From: Thermoanaerobaculia bacterium | GTDB lineage: Bacteria; Acidobacteriota; Thermoanaerobaculia; UBA5066 | Direction of reading: 5' to 3' | Assembly: GCA_963719225.1 (NCBI GenBank) | Contig: CAVRAY010000001.1 | Location: 3,328,001-3,392,000 of the forward strand | DNA: 64,000 nt | In this document: one piece after another, positions 18,705 to 28,597 of the stretch | Layout: every line of letters starts with the position of its first letter | Position numbering within the stretch: position 1 is the stretch's first letter | The notes under the pieces: model-generated | Told to the model about the DNA's origin: nothing | What the model saw: only the letters and a program-made list of their open reading frames with translations | Database searches by the model: none | Made by a program: the position numbers and the translations under genes

Positions 18705-21700
18705 ATGAGAGTCTGGCGCCACGTTGCCCTCCTCGGCCTGTGCCTCCTGCCCTATGGGGGCTCGGCGGCCGGTGCCGCGCCGAGCGACGAGCCGCCGGAG
18801 GCCAACGCGCCCCCGACCGTGTTGACAGCGACTGCGTCGGTCGATCGCGAGCTGTCCGCCGGAGCCCACCACTATCAGATTCGTCTCGCCGCGGGGCAGT
18901 TCGCACGCGTCGTCGTCGCTCAGCGCGGTGTCGACGTCGGCTTGAGACTGCTCGACCCGCAGGGGAGCGCGATCGCCGAAGTCGATGACCAGTCCCTGGG
19001 AATCGACGGAGAGGAGATCCTCACCGTCATCGCGAACCGCTCGGGGGAGCACACGCTCGAGGTCCGCGCGAATCGACCCGGGCTCCTCGGTCGCTACGGA
19101 CTGAAGGTCGTCGAGATCCGCGATTCTCATCCGACCGACTGCGCCCGTATCGAGGCTGAGCGACTCCTCCTGGAGGGAAGCCGCCTGTGCGACAAGGGGG
19201 TCGCGCCGTCGGCTCGGCAGGCCGCCGAGACGTACGTCAGGGCGGCAGGCTTGTGGCGTCGGCTCGACGACGCCCGAGGGGAGATGCGAGCGATTTCGGG
19301 GCTTGGCCAGTCGTATGTCCTCCTGGGAAACGCGCCGGCCGCTCTCGGCGCCTTTAACGAGGCGCTCGCGTCCGCCCGGGAAGCGGCCTGCCCGCAGTGC
19401 GAAGCGGAGGTCCTGGCGGGTCTCGGGGTCTGCCACGATCAGCTCGGCCGCAAGAGAGCCGCGATCGAGTTCTACGAGGAATCCCTGCCGCTCTGGCGCG
19501 CGTCGGGCATCCGCAGCGGCCAGGCGACCTTGCTTCATGACCTGTCGCTGGTCCACGACAACCTCGGCGAGAAGCGCATCGCGCTCTCGGGATATCGCGA
19601 GGCCCTTTCACTCTGTCGTGCCGCAAAGGACCGCACCGGAGAGGCGATGGTGCTCACCGCCCTGGGCAAGGTCGCCGACGACCTCGGCGACTATCAAAGG
19701 GCCCTCGACAGCTACGAAGACGCTCTGAAGCTCGCCACGGAGCTCGGGAACGTTCGCGGTCAAGCCGTGATCCTGACAAATATCGCCATCGTGTACAGCC
19801 GTCTCGGGGCCCCGGAGAAGGCGCTCCGGTTCTGTGAGCAGGCGCTTCCACTTCGACAGAGGGTCGGAGATCCCCGTGGCGTGGCCGCGACGCTGACCGC
19901 CATGGGCAAGGCTCACTTCGAGCTTCACCAGACACAGGACGCGATCGATCTCTACGAGCGCGCGCTCGCGCTCAGTCGTGGCGCGTCGGACCTCCGCGGC
20001 GAGGCGGTTGCCCTGTCGCGACTGGCCTCTGCCTACGAGGCCACGGACCGGCTCGATGAAGCGCTTCGCACCCATGGACGTGCCGCGGAGCTGAGGAAAA
20101 AGACGGAGGACACGCTTCTGGAGAGCGGATCGCTCGTTCGCCTTGGCGACGTGGAGATGCGGCTGGGTGACCTCGACGCGGCGCGAGAGCATCTCGCGCG
20201 GTCCCTGGAGCTCGCCCGCGGCAACGGCGATCGCGCCCAGCAGACGGACACCCTCACGTCTCTGGGAGATCTGGCGCGCAGGCGCGGGGACTTCGAGTCC
20301 GCACGATCGACCCTCGAGCAGGCGATCTCGTTGAGCGACGAGACGCGGACCAGGGTCACGAGCCCCGAGCTGCGCGCTTCCTATTCCGCCAGAGAACGAC
20401 GAGCGCACGAGCTGCTCGTCGACACGCTGATGACGCTCCACGCGCGAAATCCCTCGGGGAGCTTCGACAGGCTGGCCTTCGACGTCGTGGAGCATGGTCG
20501 AGCCCGTTCGCTGCTCGAGATCCTTTCCGCCTCGGACGCCCAAGCGCCCGCGCACGTGGACGAGCCCCTCTTCGAGCGGCGGCGCTCGCTGCGGGAGCTC
20601 CTGGCGGCGAAGCTCGACCGGCGAATCCGCATGGCGTCGTCCCGAGCCTCCCAGGGAGACCTCGCGGACGCGACGTCCGAGGTCGAACGCCTGGAAACCG
20701 AGCTCGATCGCGTCGATGCCCACATCCGTGCGAGCGACCCTGCGTACGCGTCGCTCGTCGGCGGAAAATCTCCCGGCCTCCCGGAGCTCCAGCAGGAGCT
20801 CCTCGACGACGACACGCTGCTCCTCGAGTATTCGCTCGGCAGCGAGCGCGGATTCGTTTGGGCAATGACGAAATCGTCGGTGTCGGTTCGGGAGATCCCG
20901 TCCCGCCAGCGCATCGAGGAAGCCGCGCGCGACGCTTACAAACGCCTCGCGTCGCACACGCGGGCCGACGAGGCCCTGAAACGGCTCGCCGATCTCGTTC
21001 TGCGTCCGGTCGGGATCGAGGTCTGGAAGAAGAGGATCGTCATCGTGGCGGACGGCGCTCTCCAGTACGTGCCCTTTGCCGCCCTGCCCGACCCCTCTTC
21101 CGGCAGGTCGCTGATCGTGAATCACGAAGAGGTGAGCCTGCCGTCCGCATCGGTGCTGTCGGTCCTGCGGAAGGAGGGAGCGTCGCGGCGGTCGCCCTCG
21201 GCGACCCTGGCGGTCTTCGCCGATCCCGTCTTCAGCGTCGACGACGCGCGCGTGGCAGTAGCGCAGGTCGCGAGCAGAGGCTTCTCGGCGACCTTCCCGG
21301 AGCCCTCCGCGGCGGCGGTCAGCTCTTCGAGCGAAGGCGAAGCGCGTCTCCCGCGCCTGCCGTTCACGCGTCGCGAGGCGGAAAGGATCCTCGCTCTGGT
21401 TCCGCCGAGTCAGAGGAAGCAGGCGCTCGACTTCGACGCCTCCCGCGCGGCGGCCATGGCGGCGGATGTTGGCGAGTACCGGTTCGTGCACTTCGCCACG
21501 CATGGCTTCCTCGACGATCGCAGCCCCCAGCTGTCGGGGCTCGTCCTGTCGCTCGTCGACCGCAACGGGATCGCGCAGCCCGGATTGCTCGCGGCCTCGG
21601 ACATCTTCGCCCTGAGGCTGTCCGCCGATCTCGTCGTCCTCTCCGGCTGCCAGACCGCGCTCGGAAAGGACGTGCGCGGGGAAGGGCTCGTCGGCCTCAC

Positions 21701-21929
21701 ACGCGCGTTCATGTACGCCGGAGCTCCGCGCGTCGTCTCGAGTCTCTGGAAGGTCGACGACGTGGCGACGGCTGAGCTCATGGGCCGCTTCTATTCGGCG
21801 ATGCTGGGCCCGAAGAAGCTGCGCCCCGCCGCGGCGCTGCGCGCGGCCCAGAACGCGTTGCGGAGCGAGCCGCGCTGGCGCTCCCCGTACTATTGGGCCG
21901 GCTTCGTCCTGCAAGGAGAATGGAACTGA
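18705..21929 (+). CDS. exported TPR-repeat CHAT (caspase/HetF-like) protease
   Basis: Signal peptide, PPC-like N-domain, many TPRs, C-terminal CHAT with VHFATHG (His) and VVLSGCQTA (Cys), SLWKVDD, PYYWAGF. Confidence 0.92.
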   Translation: MRVWRHVALLGLCLLPYGGSAAGAAPSDEPPEANAPPTVLTATASVDRELSAGAHHYQIRLAAGQFARVVVAQRGVDVGLRLLDPQGSAIAEVDDQSLGIDGEEILTVIANRSGEHTLEVRANRPGLLGRYGLKVVEIRDSHPTDCARIEAERLLLEGSRLCDKGVAPSARQAAETYVRAAGLWRRLDDARGEMRAISGLGQSYVLLGNAPAALGAFNEALASAREAACPQCEAEVLAGLGVCHDQLGRKRAAIEFYEESLPLWRASGIRSGQATLLHDLSLVHDNLGEKRIALSGYREALSLCRAAKDRTGEAMVLTALGKVADDLGDYQRALDSYEDALKLATELGNVRGQAVILTNIAIVYSRLGAPEKALRFCEQALPLRQRVGDPRGVAATLTAMGKAHFELHQTQDAIDLYERALALSRGASDLRGEAVALSRLASAYEATDRLDEALRTHGRAAELRKKTEDTLLESGSLVRLGDVEMRLGDLDAAREHLARSLELARGNGDRAQQTDTLTSLGDLARRRGDFESARSTLEQAISLSDETRTRVTSPELRASYSARERRAHELLVDTLMTLHARNPSGSFDRLAFDVVEHGRARSLLEILSASDAQAPAHVDEPLFERRRSLRELLAAKLDRRIRMASSRASQGDLADATSEVERLETELDRVDAHIRASDPAYASLVGGKSPGLPELQQELLDDDTLLLEYSLGSERGFVWAMTKSSVSVREIPSRQRIEEAARDAYKRLASHTRADEALKRLADLVLRPVGIEVWKKRIVIVADGALQYVPFAALPDPSSGRSLIVNHEEVSLPSASVLSVLRKEGASRRSPSATLAVFADPVFSVDDARVAVAQVASRGFSATFPEPSAAAVSSSSEGEARLPRLPFTRREAERILALVPPSQRKQALDFDASRAAAMAADVGEYRFVHFATHGFLDDRSPQLSGLVLSLVDRNGIAQPGLLAASDIFALRLSADLVVLSGCQTALGKDVRGEGLVGLTRAFMYAGAPRVVSSLWKVDDVATAELMGRFYSAMLGPKKLRPAAALRAAQNALRSEPRWRSPYYWAGFVLQGEWN

Positions 21930-21942
21930 GCCGGCTCTCTCC

Positions 21943-22554
21943 GTGCTGAACCGCGACGCGTTCGAGCGGCTCCTCCGCGCGCTGGGCGACGACCCGGAGC
22001 GAGCGGGCGAGGCGTACGAGCGGCTCCGCGAGAAGCTGATCAAGTTCTTCGAGTGGCGCGGCTCGGATCGTCCGGATACGTTGGCCGACCTGACGTTCGA
22101 CCGCGTCGGCCGCAAGCTCGAAGAGGGGGAGACGATAAAGTCGGCCGATCCCGCGGCGTACGTGTATGCCGTAGCCCGCAACATCCTGAAGGAGAGCTGG
22201 GTCGACGAGCGGCGGCAGCGGGACGCGGAGAGAGGAGCTCGGGACGACGGGGACGAGCCGGAGCGCATCACCCGGGAGAGCCGGCACCGCTGTCTCGATC
22301 GGTGTCTCGAATCGATGGCGGCGGAGAGCCGGCGACTGCTCCTGCGCTACTACGCCACCCCCGGATCTGCGCGGATCCCGGCCCGCAAGGCGTTGGCGCA
22401 GGAGCTCGGGGTCCCGCTGAACGCCCTCCGCATCCGCACGCACCGTCTGCGAGCCGACCTGGAACGCTGCATCGAGGATTGCCTCCGGCAAGCGGACCGC
22501 GAAATGGATCGCCCCAGGACTCACTTGGATAGGGGAAGAAGGGAGAGCCGGTGA
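21943..22554 (+). CDS. ECF-type RNA polymerase sigma factor
   Basis: Region 2-like YERLREKLIKFF..DLTFDRV..YVYAVARN; region 4 HTH LAQELGVPLNALRIRTHRLR; 203 aa. Confidence 0.8.
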   Translation: MLNRDAFERLLRALGDDPERAGEAYERLREKLIKFFEWRGSDRPDTLADLTFDRVGRKLEEGETIKSADPAAYVYAVARNILKESWVDERRQRDAERGARDDGDEPERITRESRHRCLDRCLESMAAESRRLLLRYYATPGSARIPARKALAQELGVPLNALRIRTHRLRADLERCIEDCLRQADREMDRPRTHLDRGRRESR

Positions 22555-23402
22555 GCGACGTCCAGGACGCTCTGCTCGTCCGATATCTGCTCGGCGATGC
22601 GACGGAAGAGGAGAAAAGTCGTCTCGAAGAACGATTCTTCGCGGACGACGACGTGTTCTCCCGCCTCCTCGAGAGCGAGACCGACCTCGTGGACGGTTAT
22701 GTGGCGAACACGCTGCCGGCACGGGACCGCGCGCTGTTCGAGGCACGGGCAGCGGCCTCACCGGCCCTCGCCGAGCGCGTCGAGATCGCCCGCGCCCTGT
22801 CGAGGGTGGCCGGTCCGGTCACCGTGCCGGCGCGTCCCCCCGCCAGCCCCTGGGTGCCGCTCCTCCTCGCGGCTTCGGTTGTGCTGGCCGCGGCGCTCGG
22901 TCTGACGTTGCGCGAGACAACCCGACTCCGCGGTTCCATGCGAGCCCTGGAGTCGAGCCGCGAAGAGCTCGTCGCCCGGCTCACGGCAGCCCAGCAGACG
23001 TCGATGGAGCGGCAGGGAAAGATCGACGAGCTGTCCCTGGATCTCGCCTCGCGTGGCACGGCGACGGGCACCCCGTCGATCCTCGCGTTCACATTGAGCG
23101 GCGGGCTGACGCGCGGCCAGGGGCGAGGCAACGTGCTCCGGATCCCGGCGGACGCGACGCTCGTCGCGCTCGAGCTGCCGCTCACAATGGCTCCTAAGGT
23201 GCCACTGCTGGTTCGGGTCGAGACGGTCGAAGGCAAAGCGGTTGCGAGCCTCGACGGCGTGACGATTGCCCCCGGCGACGCCTCGCTTCGGGTGACACTG
23301 CCCGCAAGCGTGCTGCCTCCGGGCGATTACGTCGTGAGCGCATCTTCGACGGGCGCGCGCCCGGCGGTGATCACCGAGATGACATTCCGGGTCGCGCGCT
23401 AG
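22551..23402 (+). CDS. putative transmembrane anti-sigma factor
   Basis: GTGA overlap with the sigma gene; N-terminal LVRYLLGD...E...LE helical domain, one TM, coiled coil, beta-rich C-domain. Confidence 0.65.
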   Translation: MSDVQDALLVRYLLGDATEEEKSRLEERFFADDDVFSRLLESETDLVDGYVANTLPARDRALFEARAAASPALAERVEIARALSRVAGPVTVPARPPASPWVPLLLAASVVLAAALGLTLRETTRLRGSMRALESSREELVARLTAAQQTSMERQGKIDELSLDLASRGTATGTPSILAFTLSGGLTRGQGRGNVLRIPADATLVALELPLTMAPKVPLLVRVETVEGKAVASLDGVTIAPGDASLRVTLPASVLPPGDYVVSASSTGARPAVITEMTFRVAR

Positions 23403-23477
23403 GCGTCGAAACGTTTTCCGGGTTTCCTCCACTAGACGTCAGAACGACGGTCTTCCGACTCTGACAGGGAGGGAACC

Positions 23478-26400
23478 ATGGGACGTCGATCCGGAGCGAT
23501 TTCTGCCATGGCGGTTCTGTCTCTCGTGCTCACGAGATCGGCTCTCCTGGCACAGAGGGGCCCCGACAACGATCCGGACGGGCTGCAGGGATACGTCGAC
23601 AACGTGTTTCACCACTCGTCCGTAGACTCGGTCAACCTCTACAACGGCCAGCTCAGCGTGCCGATCGCCATCGGCCCGTCCTACCCGATCGGTCCCGCGC
23701 TGAAGCTTCAGCTCGTGATGACCTACGGCTCCCGAATCTGGGAGTATGGCCATCCCTCCGGCAGTCCGATCGTCACGCCTAAGCCGATTGCCGGTGATCC
23801 TGCGCTCGGCATTGGCTGGACCTTCACTTTCGGAGCGATCAAGGTCTGCAAGATCCTTCCACCCGGAACAGGCCGCATGTGCTACGTCGGACCGGACGGG
23901 AGCCAGCACATCTTCGACATGCCCGATCCGGCGCGCGGGGCGGGCTATTTCAAAACGAGCGACGCAAGCCAACTCTCGCTTAGGAACGTCGCCACCGATC
24001 CAAGCGGCGAAGGACCGTTCGACATGTGGGACGGCGACGGCAACCACCACGTGTTCGGCTGGCACGTAGCCAATTTCGACGACCCGCAGTCGGACTTCCA
24101 CCACGACTTCGGCCGGGGGCGGGACGGCTGGTACCTGACCTCTTTGTCGGATCCTTTCGGCAACGCCTACTCCGTATCCTACAAATCGGGAACCGGTCCG
24201 TGCTGGAGCTACGCGACGCCGTGCACGTATCAGACAATGTCGTGTCCGGCCACCGCGGCGAACCTTTGGATACCACAGACGGTCACCCTTCCGACGCCGG
24301 GTCCGAACAACGTCATCACGATCGGGACGGACGCCAGCCAGATGGTCAGCAGCGTCACGCTGCCGGTCTCGGGCGGCACCACAACGACGTGGATATTCAG
24401 TTATCAATCCGACACGTACAACGAGACGTGCGGGGGAGGCCAGATCAATCTGCGAGAACTCCAGTCGATCCAGCTTCCGGGCGCTGTGGGCTCTTATCAG
24501 TTTGCGTACAAGAACGATGCTAACTGCGTCACCGGCCTGCTCTCGCACCTCCAGATCCCGACCGGTGCGACCAGCGACTACCTGTACGGGTTGTACTCCT
24601 TCTATCACGGCCGACTCGCCGCGCTAAGCCAGACCTGCGCTCCGATCGGTCCTGACCCCACAGCTGAGGTCGAAGTCTCCGCTGCGAGCCAATGCATCGC
24701 GGCTCAGCGTGCGCCGAACTCACGAACGGCGCTCTCCTCCGGAACATGCACGGACCAGCCCAACTACCTCGACCAACAGCTCGGCATCGTTCAGCGTACG
24801 GAGACGACCTCCGGCGTCACCGCAGTCACCGACTACGTCCAGCTCTCCTTCCCGTTCGGAGAGCAGGGAGCCGCGCCCAAGGCGAACTGCGATGCGCTCG
24901 GCCGCTGCGGACCCCAGACGTTGACAGTCGTCGTCGCGCCCGCGGATGTCGACGGACGCCGCCGTGCCAAGGGAACCCTCTTCTGGGCCGCCCCCAAGAA
25001 CCCGAATCAGACCCAAGTCTATGCCGGCGAGCGCACCGGCGCCGACATCGAGACTCGCGACTACGAAGACGATCCGACGCGGTCGATCAACGTGAGCATG
25101 CCCGTGTGCGGTGGAGCGCAGGTCAATTCATTCTGCGCCGACGGCGCGATACGCGTGACGCAGCGTTCGTACGAGTACGACGTCCCGACCAGCGAGATCG
25201 GCAACCGCCGGATGCTCTCGGAAATCGCGTATCACCAGCCCGCGGCCGCCAACGGAACGTGCACGAGCTGCAAGAACCACTCGACGGCGTTCTCGAATAC
25301 CAACGGCAAGACGTGGGAAGGGAACGGCCGGCACTACAACGTCGAGACGCACGGCGGAAACCTCGGGAATGACGCGAGGACGGTCACGACGAACTGGACG
25401 CCGCAGCTCACCTCGAGATGGTTGCCCAATCTCTACGACACGAAGATAGAGAGCGACCCGACGCTGTCGGTCAACCACTATTTCGAGTTCAACTCCTCGA
25501 ATGGGTTCCTCAACTGCACGTTCCTCCACGATCCCGGGCCGGGACGCGTCTTCTTCAAGCGCCGTTTCCCGGCCGCGGATGGCACTGTCGCGCAGGACTT
25601 CAGCGCGACCTCGACCGGCTTCCCGAGCCCGCCGTACATCGGCCAGTGCATCGCTACGTACCCCAGCCCTCCCGTTCCCAGCGGGCCTGCCATCGGGACG
25701 AACAGCGACGCGTTCGGCAAGGTCTACACCTATCAAAACGGACTTCTGACGTCAGCGCGCTGGATCAACGGCAACGCCGCGGCTTCGTGGTACGCGAAAC
25801 GCTTAACGCGAGACCCCTCCACCGGCTGGATCACGACCTCGTACGATTCGGCGGGACTCGCGACCGGCCTCGGCTACGACGTCGTCGGTCGCGTCACAAG
25901 CGTGGCCCCTCCCGGGGAAGCCGCGACCGCGGTCTCGTATCCCGCGACGACGCGAACGATCGCGACGCGCAATGGCGGGTCGGGACTTTCGACGTACCAG
26001 GAATACGTATACGACGGGCTGGGCCGTCTGGCGCGGGAGATTCAGCTCCGGCCCGCATCCACGTATGCGGTCCGCGTGCACGGCTTCGACGGCGCAGGAC
26101 ACCGGGTGTACGACTCCGAGTGGGGCACCTGCGGCAGCCCCACCGGCGACTGTCTGACGACCTCACCTTCGGGCTCTCACCGTTCGAACCTCGATCCCTT
26201 CGCACGCGACCAGAGTTTCAGCACCGCGGACGGCGCGATCACGACGACCTCGTATGCCGACACGTACTCGCTCTACTCCGACACGAAGAAGAGCGTCACG
26301 AGCCCCTGTGTCAACGGGACGTGGAGGGCCGGAGCCTGTTCCGGCGGGACGCCTTCGACGAGCACGTACTTCTCGGACGCGTTTGGACGGCTCACGTCGG

Positions 26401-28589
26401 TGACGGAGCCGAGCGGAGACGTCACGAGCTACAGCTACGACCTGAACGGAAAGCTGAGATCGGTTGCGCAGGGAGTGCAGACGCGCAGCTTCACCTACGA
26501 CCCCGCGGGGTTCCTCCGATCGCAGTCGACTCCTGAGGAAGGACTCGTGACGTACGTCGCGATAGGCGCTCTCGCTAATGTCCGACAGGAGACCCACGCC
26601 GGCGGGGTGACGCTGACCCGCACGTACGACTTCGCCGGCCGGCTCACCTCGACGGCGAGCAACGAAGGGGGCAGCCGCACCTACCTCGCCAACACGTACG
26701 ATGAGGCCGCCGGCTCGTCTGCCGGAAAGCTCACGAGCCGAATCGCCTCCAACTACGCCGTCGTCCCGACGTCCACAGTCCGGGACGTCTTCGCCTACTC
26801 GGGCGTGGGGGGTCGCCTCTCTTCCCGTCAGTCCAACGTGAGCGGGGCGCTCAGCCTCTCGGAGACGCAGAGCTGGTCCTACAACGCGCTCGGCCTCGTC
26901 GCGCATCACTCTCATCCGCGGTCCGCGACGGACGCACCGTTGCGCGTCTCCACGGACTACGACGCCGGCCTTCCCGTGGCGCTGTACATGAATGGGCTTG
27001 GGGTGCTCTCCGGCGTCGCGTACACGGCTTGGGGAGGGGTACGCTCATACACCACGGGCCTCGGCGTCGGGCACGACGTGACGACGACGGTGACGCCCGA
27101 TCCGACGCTCCTCGCTCGGCCGGTGCAGATTTTCTCGAGGGAACAGGCCTCGGGCGCCACGTTGTTCGACACGGCGTCTTACCTCTACGACGGAATCGGG
27201 AACGTGAAGAGCATCGGCCCCGATGTCTTCGGCTACGACGCGCGATCGCGGCTCGTGTCCGCGTCCCTGCAGATCGGTTCCGGGTCGTCGAGTCAGACCT
27301 ATGCCTACGACCGTTACGGCAACATGACGTCCAGGAGCATCGGCGGGAGCCCGATCAACTTCCCGGTCGATCCGTACACGAACCATCTCATGGGCGCGGT
27401 CTACGACGCCCGCGGCAGCGTCGGCCAAAACGGCGGCGAGACGTTCGTCTACGACGGCCTCGAACGAATGATGCAGGCGACGACGACGAACACGTGGAAG
27501 TACCTCTACGACGGCGCCAACGAGCGGATCGCGAAGGTGCCGCCGACCGGAGCTCCCGGGTACCAGTTCCGCGACGAGGCGAACCGCGTCGCGACCGAGA
27601 TGTCGGGCTCGATACCCTCACGGGACAACGCTTTCCTCGGGCGCCTCCTCGTCGCGTCGTATTCGAATTGCGCTGTTGGTGGGAATTGCAGCTACGGCGG
27701 ATCCGCGAAGGGCCCTTGGCAGTTCTTCGCATCCGACCACCTCGGAACGCCGAGACTCATCACGGGAACATCGGGCGAACAGCTGGACCTGAGAAAGTAC
27801 TGGCCGTATGGCGACGAGGCTGTCGGGGCCACCGACGACCCGCAACGCCTGCGGCTCGCCGGGATGGAACGTGACGCCGAAGGAAGCCGCTACTACGACC
27901 ACGCGCGGAGCCACGACTTCGGGCTTGCGAGGTTCCTCAGCCCCGACCTGCTTGGCGGAAAGTCCGCCGTGCCGGGAACCTGGAATCGCTACGTCTACGC
28001 GAGCAATAACCCGATAAATCGTTTCGATGGCAACGGTCTGGCCGACGATCCGACCAACCCATCGGGTCCGAGGCCTAGCACGTTCTCGGATAAGGCATGG
28101 AAAACGTTTTCGAGTGCCGTCTTCATCGGAATCAAACTGGGCGTCAGGCTAGGCGTTGCCGCCGCCGAGTTCAGCGCCAACTTCGCTGGCGAGAGTGGAA
28201 AGATCGAACTGAAGACCGGCAGCGATGCCATAAAGGTCAAGGGCTCCGTCGAAGTCTCGCCTCCAACTGGAAAAACGGGCGGCGCGATCAGCTATGAGTT
28301 TGTCAATGGGATGTTCGTCGACTCTAACGGTAACGTTGGTGCTAAGAAATCGGTCGAGATTATTCCCGCGGGCAGCTCCCTGAGAGTAACCGGTAGCGCG
28401 CAGGCCAGCGTCAATGTGCCTGCGTCCGTTGAGGCCGGAGGTGACGTCATCGACGCCGCCACATCTGCCGCCGCGCATGGCCCCGTCGGCGACATGAGAG
28501 ACAAGCTGAACAATATCGACGGTGCGATCGAGAACAACTGCACTCACCTCTCCGGAAACAACCGGTGTTCGGACCCGGCTCCTAAGTGA
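23478..28589 (+). CDS. secreted RHS/YD-repeat protein with RHS-associated core
   Basis: Signal peptide, DSVNLYNGQL, YD repeats (YDVVGRVT, YDGLGRL, YDFAGRLT), core DHLGTPR, RFLSPD, WNRYVYASNNP; variable C-terminus. Confidence 0.92.
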   Translation: MGRRSGAISAMAVLSLVLTRSALLAQRGPDNDPDGLQGYVDNVFHHSSVDSVNLYNGQLSVPIAIGPSYPIGPALKLQLVMTYGSRIWEYGHPSGSPIVTPKPIAGDPALGIGWTFTFGAIKVCKILPPGTGRMCYVGPDGSQHIFDMPDPARGAGYFKTSDASQLSLRNVATDPSGEGPFDMWDGDGNHHVFGWHVANFDDPQSDFHHDFGRGRDGWYLTSLSDPFGNAYSVSYKSGTGPCWSYATPCTYQTMSCPATAANLWIPQTVTLPTPGPNNVITIGTDASQMVSSVTLPVSGGTTTTWIFSYQSDTYNETCGGGQINLRELQSIQLPGAVGSYQFAYKNDANCVTGLLSHLQIPTGATSDYLYGLYSFYHGRLAALSQTCAPIGPDPTAEVEVSAASQCIAAQRAPNSRTALSSGTCTDQPNYLDQQLGIVQRTETTSGVTAVTDYVQLSFPFGEQGAAPKANCDALGRCGPQTLTVVVAPADVDGRRRAKGTLFWAAPKNPNQTQVYAGERTGADIETRDYEDDPTRSINVSMPVCGGAQVNSFCADGAIRVTQRSYEYDVPTSEIGNRRMLSEIAYHQPAAANGTCTSCKNHSTAFSNTNGKTWEGNGRHYNVETHGGNLGNDARTVTTNWTPQLTSRWLPNLYDTKIESDPTLSVNHYFEFNSSNGFLNCTFLHDPGPGRVFFKRRFPAADGTVAQDFSATSTGFPSPPYIGQCIATYPSPPVPSGPAIGTNSDAFGKVYTYQNGLLTSARWINGNAAASWYAKRLTRDPSTGWITTSYDSAGLATGLGYDVVGRVTSVAPPGEAATAVSYPATTRTIATRNGGSGLSTYQEYVYDGLGRLAREIQLRPASTYAVRVHGFDGAGHRVYDSEWGTCGSPTGDCLTTSPSGSHRSNLDPFARDQSFSTADGAITTTSYADTYSLYSDTKKSVTSPCVNGTWRAGACSGGTPSTSTYFSDAFGRLTSVTEPSGDVTSYSYDLNGKLRSVAQGVQTRSFTYDPAGFLRSQSTPEEGLVTYVAIGALANVRQETHAGGVTLTRTYDFAGRLTSTASNEGGSRTYLANTYDEAAGSSAGKLTSRIASNYAVVPTSTVRDVFAYSGVGGRLSSRQSNVSGALSLSETQSWSYNALGLVAHHSHPRSATDAPLRVSTDYDAGLPVALYMNGLGVLSGVAYTAWGGVRSYTTGLGVGHDVTTTVTPDPTLLARPVQIFSREQASGATLFDTASYLYDGIGNVKSIGPDVFGYDARSRLVSASLQIGSGSSSQTYAYDRYGNMTSRSIGGSPINFPVDPYTNHLMGAVYDARGSVGQNGGETFVYDGLERMMQATTTNTWKYLYDGANERIAKVPPTGAPGYQFRDEANRVATEMSGSIPSRDNAFLGRLLVASYSNCAVGGNCSYGGSAKGPWQFFASDHLGTPRLITGTSGEQLDLRKYWPYGDEAVGATDDPQRLRLAGMERDAEGSRYYDHARSHDFGLARFLSPDLLGGKSAVPGTWNRYVYASNNPINRFDGNGLADDPTNPSGPRPSTFSDKAWKTFSSAVFIGIKLGVRLGVAAAEFSANFAGESGKIELKTGSDAIKVKGSVEVSPPTGKTGGAISYEFVNGMFVDSNGNVGAKKSVEIIPAGSSLRVTGSAQASVNVPASVEAGGDVIDAATSAAAHGPVGDMRDKLNNIDGAIENNCTHLSGNNRCSDPAPK

Positions 28590-28597
28590 GGTGGAAC

